Assembly: GCF_033153115.1 (NCBI RefSeq)
Contig: NW_026889758.1
Coordinates: 47,802,001-47,866,000 of the forward strand
DNA length: 64,000 nt
Direction: 5' to 3'
DNA from: Saccostrea echinata
Lineage: Eukaryota
Below the pieces are notes generated by a model. The model searched no databases, was not told where the DNA came from, and was given only the letters and a program-made list of their open reading frames with translations. The translations under genes and the position numbers were made by a program. Shown here piece after piece: positions 24,356 through 35,803 of this stretch. The first letter of the stretch is position 1, and every line of letters begins with the position of its first letter.

Positions 24356-27300
24356 TAACCAACAGCCACAATTAACAAATGAGGTGAATCAGAAATTATC
24401 AACACAAAGTTATAGTAGTTAGCCCGGGGAGGGAGGAAAGGGGTCCCTCTCCCCACTTAATTTGTGTGTTTATCCCCAAACATTCACGTGTAAAACTGTT
24501 GCTATTGCCCTGTAAATAATCAATAAATCACCCATTAGGAAATCAGTCCTTCAAAATATTGAATCCCAAAGTATTTTTGGTTTATTGAGGAAAAAAATAC
24601 CTAATTCAACCCAAAACACTAAAAACACTGATTTACATGTAATGTGTTTTACGAGAATTAAAAACATGCTTGCTTCTGATATCAAATGAGGTTGCATTTA
24701 ATTCTCTCTTTTTAAAACAAACTTTATCATTAGATAAATAACTTAACTGTACATAAATCGATCTTTTTAATAGTGCTAATAACGGACCAGCAGGCATTGC
24801 TAAGTAGTCATAAGAGACTCTTGTGAATTAAGTGACCACAGCGCTCTGTAACAGTTCATACTCTTGTAAATGGGTTGACTATACAGTTTCTCGAACGACA
24901 GCAGATGGTTCCACACGCTCATGACACATACACGACTTATACTGGATTAAGAAACTTTATGGAAATTCCCCGTGAGAACAACACGTAAATTATTCATTTT
25001 CCGCTGCCTCAAAAACCCAACTAATCAAGACTTACAGTATCTTCCAAGGAGCAAAAATGCCCTCTGTGAACATTCACGAAATAAAGAAGATTATTCGTCA
25101 CTCTATATGTAGAATTTTAATATTGCCTCAGCATTTATTATATATGCCGATACCGTGATACCGACGACGTTATATTATTTTCTAATAAACCATTCACAAT
25201 TGCATGTACAGTGATCAACTAATCTAATTTTGTGAATTCAGAATGCCAGTGCTTAATGGAGGAGACCCTATGACAAGCTTAATTCTTTTAATCCCGGGGT
25301 CGGAATTAAAATTTCAGAAACTTTCTCAGACATCCAAGGACACAGTGACTACCTCTGACATAAAGGAGGAGAGAGCGAGGACAAGAAAATTGAGGTTGGT
25401 GGAAGGACAGGGAAATCAGCAACACACTATATACTGGAACTTTTCCTTAGAAGCTTTGGTATAAAAACAAACAAAATGTACAAACAAAAACGAAAACAAA
25501 AAATACAAATACATATTTAAAACAAACAGTCAGAAATAAAAACAATCAAACCATAAATGTACAACATAGAATAACGATATTTTGTCGCTTTTCCCGGATT
25601 CTCTGGGGCCAAATGCTAGTTCTTTTTTTCTTTTTTGTTTGTTTGTTTGTTTGTTTGTTTTTTTTTTTTTTTTGCTTGTCAAAAAGTTTCGGAGTAAGAT
25701 TTTTTTAGTTGATGTGGAAACAACACCCCCCTTAAAAAAATCATGGATCCGCGCATAAAATGATGAAACTTGTATATAGAAAGATCCTTCATTGCATGAA
25801 CATCATTCCTCTCGCGGAAATCTCTTAATATTCACTTCAGATAGCATTAAAGAAAGTTACAGAAAAAGAACCAGCGGTAGCTAGTTTAAGCATTCCTAGC
25901 TCTTACAATTAAACATGAGTATTTTATGAAAACATTTAGATTACAAGAGTACAAGAGAGACAGAGAGGATTCAAGAGGATGCATTTGCATTTTTATGGAT
26001 ATTAAACTGTATTTGCACATTACTGGTATGCAACCATTGATCCCGAGCTGATACCTAACTGAAATTAAAGGCGCAATACGTTTTATATTTCAGGAAATGC
26101 ATTTATTTCACTGAAACTGAAATCCACTATTTATTGCGGAATTACTGAGCATCCGCTATCTTTGCTTGTGACTCATGCAATCATTGAGTAAAATCGATAC
26201 ATCCAGGATATTAGTATATCAAAGTGCTGCAACATTTCTTTCGAGTTCGTTGTTAATGTTTCAATGGAATAAAAACGTGGCTGTAGCTTTGAAAAACTTG
26301 ATACATTGAAATATTCGATACATGTACAATGTAAATTGAAACAGCGAAATAAAAAACTAAATACTCTGATGCTTTGATATTTGAGCACGCAAAGTTTGAA
26401 TGAGACAATCGGATTTAAATTCATATATCACTGTAACCTGACGCTTCTCTCTCTCTCTTATAATTTGCTGTCTTGCAACGTACATATACATGTATATGTT
26501 GATAGTAGCCTACCTCGAACATGCAAGATTCCTGAAAATAAGCAACAGAAGATATGGACATTAAATATACCCGGTATTGTTCTCAAATGAATATAAAAAA
26601 GTGAAGTAAATTATGTATCCTTTGCCTTTTGTCTTAATATTTTTATTCTAAACGGGATATACATGTAGCAGTTTTATGACATATACAGTCTTCAGTAAAG
26701 GAAAGACGAAAAAGTTGATTTCTGATATAACAACAATGTTTAAAAAATGATTAGATCTAAAAGGTGTAGAAACAAACTGTTCGAAACGAAAATTAAACTA
26801 TCCATAAATCTCTAGGATTCTATATCCTTGTTAACTTATCCGTTCTTTGAATAGATTTATCGGACAACCCCCACACCCCACCCTTACCCAGAATGTTACC
26901 CAAGTCAAGCGATTGACTGCAAACTGTACAGCACTATTAAAGAAAGTTCCAAAGATTAGCTATTGATGCCTGTGGTGTTTTTCAGTTGCATAACATCATT
27001 TCATTAACGTGGTTGCATCGTGATAGATGGAGATCTTGCAGCGTGATACATCAAATGACAAAGCCTGACATGTTGTACATAAGCATACGATTGACGTGGT
27101 TAAAGAATTCTCAAGATAAGCTAGCATTAATTATTGAAATGTCTCTCAATTAGTCGCTGTTAGCCATTGTAATAATCAGGATAGCAAAACTGACACCTGC
27201 TCCCCTCACTTTTGAAGTAAGTTATTAGAATTTAATCAATTGTTCGGAAAGATTGTCAGAAAGTCACAATGGCTAATACGTATATGTACTCATAAGGCAA

Positions 27301-28342
27301 ACATTTTTCGGGAAAAAAAACTCTTGTCTGTATTTTTTTTTTCAACTATTCAGTGGAAGTATGCTGATTAGAATCTGGGACTGAAATACAATATAGTTCA
27401 TGATATAATAGTCGTTGTTTGTAGCAAATCATTAATTCTAATATTTCTTCAGTCTCTTCCCCGACCATGATCATAGTCTTCTCCCATAAAAAGTAAATAC
27501 AAAAATATATCTGAATTTTACATTAAGAATAAGTTAGGATGGGAAGTGTGTGTGCCTATGACCACAATCTACGAATTTGTGAGCAGAACCATTTTATGGT
27601 ACAAGTCACATTCACCATTAAAAGGTTGAACTTGAGATACCGATAGGGTTTGTCTTATAAGAGTCAATTTTAATCGTTTCGGGAGCTAAAAAAAAAAGGC
27701 CGTTCTAGTGCTCGGTGATTATATATAATAATCTCCCAAGCCAACGTTTTTTTTTTTTGGCGCGCTCTGTTCCCCTATAAGTGTACTGATTAGAATGGAC
27801 ATAAAACCCCTTGATAGGGAAGATGGTAATTAACTGATTAACAGGGTCGGATAGAATTTTTAATGTTAAATACATTAGAAATAATGAAGCAATGAAAAAA
27901 ATATCAAAAGATGTATATGTTTAGTTATTAATAATTAATGAATGGCCAGATCACAGCTGAACTGATTTTGAAACAACTTTTTTAAAACCATGTTAACATC
28001 TCTTTCCCTTTTTTCACGAGGAGCATTGCATTAATTTGAGAAAACGTAGTCGTATTTTTTTTCTCTAGAGATGAAAAATGAAAAACAAGTAATATATATA
28101 TATATACGTAGTGCAACATTGGCGTCAAGACCATAATTTATTCGGATACTTTGGATCCACCAATCTGTTGTCAAGGGCAGGTAACTCTAAACACAGGTGA
28201 GACTTCCGGTGAATGCCTTACAGAAAAATAGAAAATATGAAAGCTAAAGCACCTGTCAAAGCTCATTGACACCTGAGGGTCGGATGCTTTCATATTCTCA
28301 TAAATGTAGTACATAAAATATTACCGATGGTCAACAGCCAAA

Positions 28343-29087
28343 ATGGTGGACGTAAGTGGATTACCGCCTTTACCAAAGTGTTTTTCTGAGGCGGAGATCT
28401 CGAATTTAGACAGTGAACATAACAAAGACGATCCTCATCAAAATTCAAACAAACAAACGCTTGTTAATGGAGAAATTAATGATTCTAAAGAATTGGACCA
28501 CACGAGGTTAAACGGGGTCGTGGAAGATTCGGGTGTTGACGAGAAACCACGGTCACCCTATTCAAGGCTAAACAATGCTTTGTCTAAACTTCGGGAAGAA
28601 ATGGTCAGTTTTCACAATTATTAAGTCATCTGAGTCACTCAGGTGACCTACTGCTATCTGTTTTCGTCTGTGGTGGGAGGTACGTCATCCGTCGGTCGTA
28701 AACTTTTGAACACATGTTCAGCTTCTTCTTATTAATTCTATGGGATAAAATTGTGTATTTCATGGTCACTGCACTCTTGGGCCTTAAGGGTGGGGCCAAA
28801 ACCATCAAAAGTAATGCAGTTTTCAAAAATTTTCTTTTTTACTCCTGGACATCAAGCAGTCAAACGGCTGTCATATTATAACATACAATGAGTCCTTTAC
28901 CAAAACTGTGAAATTCATGGCCCCAGGGTCAGGGATTCTGGAGTGAGGGTGGGGCTCTATTGATCATATAGTTAAAATGCATAAATTCTTTAAAAAGCTT
29001 CTTCTCTTCCCCTGTATAGCAAACAAACTAAGTGCAGAGTTATGATGAGCAAGAGTGCCTTTTCCAAAATTGTGAATTTCATGGGCC

Positions 29088-29118
<31 letters not shown>

Positions 29119-30657
29119 TTGTCCTACGGACCCGGTTTAACGATAGAATTCGTTCCGTGTATTCGCAATGTAGCAAAATAAACACGGGCGATAACTCGAA
29201 CTCTGTGCATTTTCTATGAAGAATCCAGAGAGTTCCGAATGTCAACATGGCGTTAAATTTGAAGCGAGGAAAAAACGTTGAGAAAATGAGTTGAATTTTC
29301 GTATATATATATGGATTAATTTTTAGGTTAAAAGGCATATACAATCTCAAAAAGGTTTGTTATGATTAATTTGGTAGTTATTTTCAGTGCAACTCATTTT
29401 GTATTCTTCAGAATCGTTTCGGAGTGGATCCACTCCGATTTGCTACATTGCAAGTATATGGGACGTATTCTAACTGTGGTGAGGGCCTGTCCCGAAACAC
29501 AGTTAGAATATTCTAACTACATGGGCCCTAGCTGGGTCAGAGGTTCTGGTGTTAAGGCAGGGCTTTATACAGTGAAAATGCATTATTTCTTTGAAAATCT
29601 TCCTCTCTGCTCTTGGGCATTAAAAAACCTGACATCTAAATATTTTCGTGCATGTATATGTATGTGTATGAAAAAGCAAAATTTTTCAACATATGAACAG
29701 ATGAAGTAGTTGCTCTTCATAATATAGTAGAGCTGGGATGATACAACTTTTTTCTATAACAATACAACGTATCACAATATTTGAGCCACGATACGATATG
29801 TTTCGCAATATTTTGAATTAGTTATAAAATCTTCTTTTTGTATTGAAATGGAAAAAATATTTCTTTGCAAGAAAGAATAATTTATTCATAGAAGCTGCGC
29901 GTGTATATATCTGTTGTAAAACAAAATTATTTCACAAAAGTGGTGTTAATTTTTTTATGTATTTCATATTTATATTTAGCATAATTATTTTAAGTATTAA
30001 ACTAAAAATGTTAAGCAAACAAAGAAAAAATAAGTAAGATTTTTTGGTGATATTTTAATATTTTTATATATGTATCAAAATGTGTATCATCCTCACACAG
30101 AATTGATATTATCGATATCTCAATATATCATTCCTGCCCTATAGTATAGGCCCAATACCAAGTTGAATGCATACTGTCACATAAAACAGTTTTGGAACAT
30201 AATTTAATATGAACTTCAAGAATTCTTTTAAATTTGCAAACAAAAAACAAAAAAACAACAACAACAACAAAAAAACCAACCTCATCTGTCAGTAATAGAA
30301 TTTATCAAATGGACCTATGTTGTATAATTAAAAAAATCATAAATTCCGAATATTTTGCAGGCGGGTTTAAGGAGGCTAGACGTTTCTCTCCTGACTCAGT
30401 TGTGGTCACTGAATGATGCCATTCACGAGTACAAGTCAGCCATTCAAGACCGCTTCTCTGAAACCAATTCTGAATACTCATGGGGAATGAACAGTCGAAC
30501 AAGTTCAATGTGTAGTATTGATGAGTGTGATGATTGGACTGAGGATCTTCACATGAAACTGGATCATGGTCAGATAGGAAATTCTCTTCACAGTAGCACA
30601 TCGAGTCTTCTTCAGCAGATCAATGAACTCAAGGAGAGAGCCGAGTCCGAATTTTAG
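28343..30657 (+). CDS. FAM89A: FAM89A/FAM89B (LRAP25, LURAP-domain) family protein, 2 exons, ~185 aa
   Basis: Exons 28343-28603 (ATG|gtcagt) and 30361-30657 (ttgcag|GCG); GLPPLPK motif and spliced LNNALSKLREEM-AGLRRLDVSLLTQLWSLNDAIHEYK match the FAM89 signature; A vs B paralog cannot be assigned in an invertebrate. Confidence 0.88.
28622..29700 (+). mobile_element. Decayed HINE with satellite-like monomers, interrupted by a nested insertion
   Basis: 5' aagtcatctgagtcactcaggtgacc hairpin, cgtc-rich stretch, monomers with ttcatggcccc..gggtcag; sequence resumes after 29519. Confidence 0.6.
29089..29519. mobile_element. Non-autonomous TIR element with 9-bp TSD (MULE-like) nested in the HINE
   Basis: catgggccc at 29080-29088 and 29520-29528; termini tagatagaatgttcta / tagaatattctaacta are imperfect inverted repeats. 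Confidence 0.7.
29728..30141. mobile_element. hAT-like non-autonomous element
   Basis: TIRs tagagctgggatgata / tatcattcctgcccta; 8-bp flanks taatatag vs tagtatag (7/8); cgata subterminal repeats; related fragment at ~19058-19400. Confidence 0.7.
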
Positions 30658-32181
30658 GGGCAGTACAGTTCCACAACAGTAGTAGTGTGTTAACAGTGTA
30701 CATACTGGGTATATGTTCAAAATGTATTATTGTAATTATTTCATTTTACAAAGGCAGTTTAAAATTTCCATTCAACTAAGAATTAGCTTGGCGGAGGAGA
30801 AGATATTGGAAATACATGTATTAAGAAAAAAAGATATATGATTAAAAAAAAAAAAATGAAATATTCTTGGGAAGGGGGGGGGGGGGCAGGGGGTGGTTAA
30901 TGGGTTGAAAATATAGTATAAAATTTTTTCAGTCAAATAAAAATGAAATCATTAACTTTAAAGTCCTTTTAAACTATACATTTTTTTAATGTATATTTTA
31001 TAATGAAATGTACAACATGCATTTTCTTTGAATTTGCTGTACTAAAACATCAAGGACCACTCATTTTACATGTATACACTAGCTGATCCAGTGAAGTTGC
31101 TATACTACTAAGCTAGAATGTAGCTATGTTTAACATTTTAAATATTACATGTAATTATATATTTATCAAAAATAAAATTGTACATTTTAGGAGATAATGC
31201 ATTGTAAACACTCAAGACTTTGAATAGTTAGATGATCTTCCATTTTAATAGTGTTTTTATTTTCTGAAATGTGTGAAACTTTTTCCAAACAGAGAGCAAA
31301 TTTTCAAATGGAACTCTCAATATAAGGTAAATTTACAAAATGCTGAGAGACCAGCTTAATAAAGGGTAATATTATAATTAATAGTATTAGGTTTATACTG
31401 TCACTGTATTTGTTTTCTTCAAATGGAGGTGATAATTTATTGGTTGTCAATATTGTCTCAGTTATGATTTACACACTAATACTAGTCAAAGATCTATCTG
31501 CAGAGTAACTGAAGTAACAATTTATTTATAATTTTGCATTTGAATTTGTGTTTTTATGTGTATTGTTTTTTAAATGTACTGACTTTGATCTTGAGCTGAT
31601 CATGACAATTTTTCCTATTTATGCCTTGCCAGAGAACCATTTCCTAAATTATCATTTCTAAATTAATTTTGTAATGACAGCAAAATGGCGAAGAAATTAA
31701 CACTGCATGTCTATTGACTTGAATTAAACTCGACAGCTATTAGAGTTTTAATTAAGACCCACAAAATATGCATTAATTAAGCAGACTTCTTTAATTCTCC
31801 GTATATATATTTTGTTTCCTTTTTTAAAATAATTTTTTGGATCAACTAACTTGGTAAATACCTATTGAAGTATATAATTTCAAAGGTGCTTTTAAAATAA
31901 GTTTGATAGAATGTACGTGTTCCTTTTCTGATCTCTTGATAATATTTTTCTTCATTTTATTATCTTTTTTATTCAAGAGTAAACACTGAATTTACAAAAT
32001 CATCTCTTTTTAAAATGATGCATTTAACATAGTTGAAGAAAAAGACTATACTTACATTAAATCAGAATTTCTTTCATTATTCCATAAATCTCAAATATTC
32101 TGAAGAATTCAAAGAAAATAAGTAATGAACAAATTTATTAGGATAAAAAAATTGATATTAAGGAGACATACATAGTGACCA

Positions 32182-32310
32182 GGCCCCGGGGCCTTAAAAC
32201 ATAGTTAAGCTCACTTTTGATCTCAATCTCACCTTTCCACTATAAATTCCTTTGGTAAAAATGAGACTGAGATCAAAGTGAGCTCGTTTAAGTTTTATGG
32301 CCCCAGAGCC
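32182..32310. mobile_element. Palindromic MITE downstream of FAM89 stop
   Basis: ggggccttaaaac..agctcacttttgatctcaatctca / tgagactgagatcaaagtgagct..gttttatggcccc. Confidence 0.75.
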
Positions 32311-33144
32311 AGGAGTCTTTAATTTTACTGCAGTATTTGCCAATCAGCATCAAGTAATGATGCAAATAAAAAAATCGGTAAAACCACAGCTACACATATA
32401 CAATTTTAGCCACATTGTCATGGTTTAATATAAATTTTCAGACCTTCAAGTTACTTGTACTTTATGTTATAGAATATATGTATACATACCTGATAGTAAA
32501 AAATATTACCATACAGTATAAAAGGTAAATATTATTTATCTCCCTTATAAGCACTGTTTCCCCCACATAATCTATATATTTATCTTTACCTGATGACTAC
32601 CTCTATATGTAGATGACCTGATATAAGTATATTATTAATTCTTTATACAAATTTTAACCGACTTTTGAAACTTTAAAGGTGATGTATGTATAAAACTGAC
32701 TTTCAAGGAAGATAAACAGTGAGCAATCAGCTGAATTGAAAGGTCTAACTAACATCCCAATAATTGTGTCTCCTAAATTAAAACCCATAATATTTTGCTT
32801 TTCAGACATCAGTGTTTTATGAGGCTACCGAAGACTGTGATTTAAGTTTTCATTATGATGTTTTAAATAAGCAGAATGCCCATTATACATAATGAAATGA
32901 CATTTATGGCATTGTATTTGCTGATGCATCTCTTAAGATACTAATTAAATTAAGCTCGTTTTGAAAAACTGTATCCCACTGTAAATAGGTAATGGCCCTT
33001 TGAACAGATTGCTAAATAAAAAGATATTTTACATAAAAATTATTGCAAACTTTTGAGTCAGTATAGGTGCATTTGTGTTTGTAAACTCAACTTAGCACAT
33101 AAGGGTAATGTTATTTGACTTGACCTTTAAACTCTCTACTGTGC

Positions 33145-33580
33145 TCTACTGAGTTAAAAGCTCAAGTGAGCTTTTCTGATCACATTTTTCCTTCATCCAC
33201 CTGTCTGTAAACTTTTCACTTTTACAACTTCATTTCAAGAACCGCTGGGTCATTTTCAACCAAATTGCCACAAAGCATCCTTGTGAAGGGGATTCAAGTT
33301 CCTCTAATTGAAGGGCCACATCTTCTTCCAAGGGGAGATAATTAAAAAATTAGTGAATTGGAGAAGATTTTCTCAAGAACAAAGCCTTGTTTTGTCATAT
33401 TCATATGGAACATCCTCAGGTAGTGTACATTCAAGTTTGTTGAAATCATGGCCCCTGGGGGTAGGGTATGGTCACAGTAGGAAATCAAACTTTACATAGA
33501 AATGTATAGAAAAAATCTGCTGCTGAAGAACAGCAGGGTCATTGTGACTCAGGTGAGTGCTGTGGCCAACAGGCCTCTTA
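33145..33580 (+). mobile_element. Short HINE of the same family as 4737-6849 (about one satellite monomer)
   Basis: aaagctcaagtgagcttttctgatcac 5' box, Cg170-like monomer, ctcaggtgag..tgtggcc..ggcctctt 3' box. Confidence 0.8.
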
Positions 33581-34698
33581 TTTCTTCACTGTGAAAGTAT
33601 GATTAGTTCTGCATACAGAATTTCACTTTTCTGGACAGAAGCTAGTTATTTTGCTGTTAAACTACCCTGCTTTAATAATTTGCATGCAACATTTGTTTAA
33701 TATATATCATATGATACAATTTGTGTGATGACATAATTTTTTCTTTAAACATCATTCTTGCACTTGTTTTATTAAAAGCACTGTAATTTATTTATAGTGA
33801 ACGGATATGCATTAGATGCATACATTAATGTTTATGGGTTGTAATGCTCTACCAAAGTAATATTTATTGTGTACAAATATATGTACTTATATGTGTAGAG
33901 AAAGTTGGGGGGAGTATTGTTATATTAATGCCCAAAGTTTAAATTCATGTGTTTGTCTGTTAATAAAAGATTGTCTAATAAAAAAAATAATTCAAATAAA
34001 TTTCTGATATATAATCTGACAATAATAGTCTGAAAAAATATTCTAAACATTTTATGAAGACACATATGGACTTGCTAATTTTCATAACAATAATACTGTA
34101 TTTTAAACACTATTTTTGATGTTTTAATATTTACCTATGATCATTTTTTGACATATCTATTTCACTTTATATATATATATATATACATCAGTTCTAATAC
34201 AAGATGAAGTGTATAATGATGGGCATTTTAAATGTACTCATAGGGCAAGAATTAAGCATTTCATTGAATTTAAAAATTTGTTGCTTTTACAAGAATTCAG
34301 CATTAGATTGGATATGAAATTCTGTTACATTTAGTCTAAGAAATGTATAATGTATTGATCAACTAATTAAGGTCACAGTGCACATGAAATATTTTGATGT
34401 GAAAATAATTTGTAAATCTTTGTCATTGTTTTCTCATGTTGGTTTTGTTTAACAAAGTTGTTAAATTTCCCCTTAGAAGATGAGGTGCCTTAAACTTGTG
34501 TGATATTTCTTGTTAATAAATCACAGAAAACATCCAAATTCGTACATTTATTTCCAACTCTCTGCTGGTATATGAAATACACTATATGCCCTGAGAGGCA
34601 GCTAATACTCATTTACCCTCGAGTATGCATCCCAAAGATACATCTGGTCATGTGACTGTCAAAAGTCATCATCCCTATACATGCATCTTTCTTGCAAG

Positions 34699-34820
34699 TG
34701 CAACAGGAGAGGAGAAAAGACCAGACTGGGACTCAAACCCGGGCCCCCTGAATCTCCAGTCATGTGTTCTACCAATTGAGTTATCTGTCCACTGGCAATC
34801 AAACCCGTCTGACCACCACA
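34699..34820 (-). mobile_element. Solo LTR-like element with a tRNA-like (Pol III A/B-box) core, Helenus/TRIM-like
   Basis: On - strand TG...cctgttgCA, 122 bp; taactcaattgg (A-box-like) and ggtttgagtccc (B-box-like); perfect 4-bp TSD caag at 34695-34698 and 34821-34824. Confidence 0.65.
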
Positions 34821-35803
34821 CAAGTTTGGTCAAGGTATATTAGGACTAGAACCTATTAATACTTGAAAATGAACCTGATCCAGAAACACATTTTTCAGAA
34901 AAGTATTTTTTTTTTTTTATTCGGATGCTAACTTTGGCTTATTTTAGTGATTTGGTAGTAGCAAGCTAAAATTTTAATTGCTAAATTTGCATTCTTGCAT
35001 ATCAGTACTAAATGCAAGAAAAAAAAATACTTTGATCAGTCTGTTTTAAAGCATCTCTTTCTGAACTCTTGCTTAAAATGGTATTCAACATACCAAAGAC
35101 TCACCTAAAAGCTAGATTTAAAATTCAGGTACCTGAAGCACTCATCTGAACCACATTATGCTACTGGTTCGCAACTTCATGAAACATCATGTCCACCAAA
35201 AATGTTCTGCCAAAATTACTGGCTACCTTTTAGCAAGCAAGCAAAATGCTAAATTTTACATCCAATAGAAACCCACTGAACAGTAAAATTCACTTGCAGC
35301 TTCCAAAGGATGACAGATAGTATGCAACTCTAGATGCAATACATGTGCAAAACTGGTCATGGTAGGACCTACAGTTATCAGTACTTGGGAGTAGACCTGC
35401 TCCAAAACAAAATCTTCCTGATCATTCATCCAGAAAATATAGGTCACATGCAGAATTTGAATCTTGATTTATACTTTGCATTCTTTATTTTCATCATTTG
35501 TGCAAGTTTGATCAACATATGAATTAAAGATACTTGAAAGAATCAAACTCATTGGAATCATGGCTACTATGGAATAAAACTGCTTACAGATTTTAATCTA
35601 ATCACTCATTCACAAAAATATAGGTCACTTGCATCATCTGAAACCTTATTGCACATTTCCAACCTAACAATCACCGTTTCATAGAACAGAAGTAAGTGAT
35701 TTTAATTGAAATCATATTGCAAGGGAAGAGTTAATTTTGTCCTGGTAATATTATTCAAAATAACAAAACTAATCTTTTATAACAAAAAAACTTTAATTTC
35801 CAG

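Noticed and set aside
24207-24422. YIYIYI ORFs (also 62427-62663)
   Set aside because: Translation of (TA)n microsatellites
29108-29709. ORFs inside the nested element as a transposase
   Set aside because: Short, no DDE or other transposase motif, and one runs across the element boundary
35240-35660. Degenerate duplication (aaaatataggtcac) as a hidden gene
   Set aside because: No consistent open frame or splice pattern; likely an old repeat in the RNASEH2C downstream region
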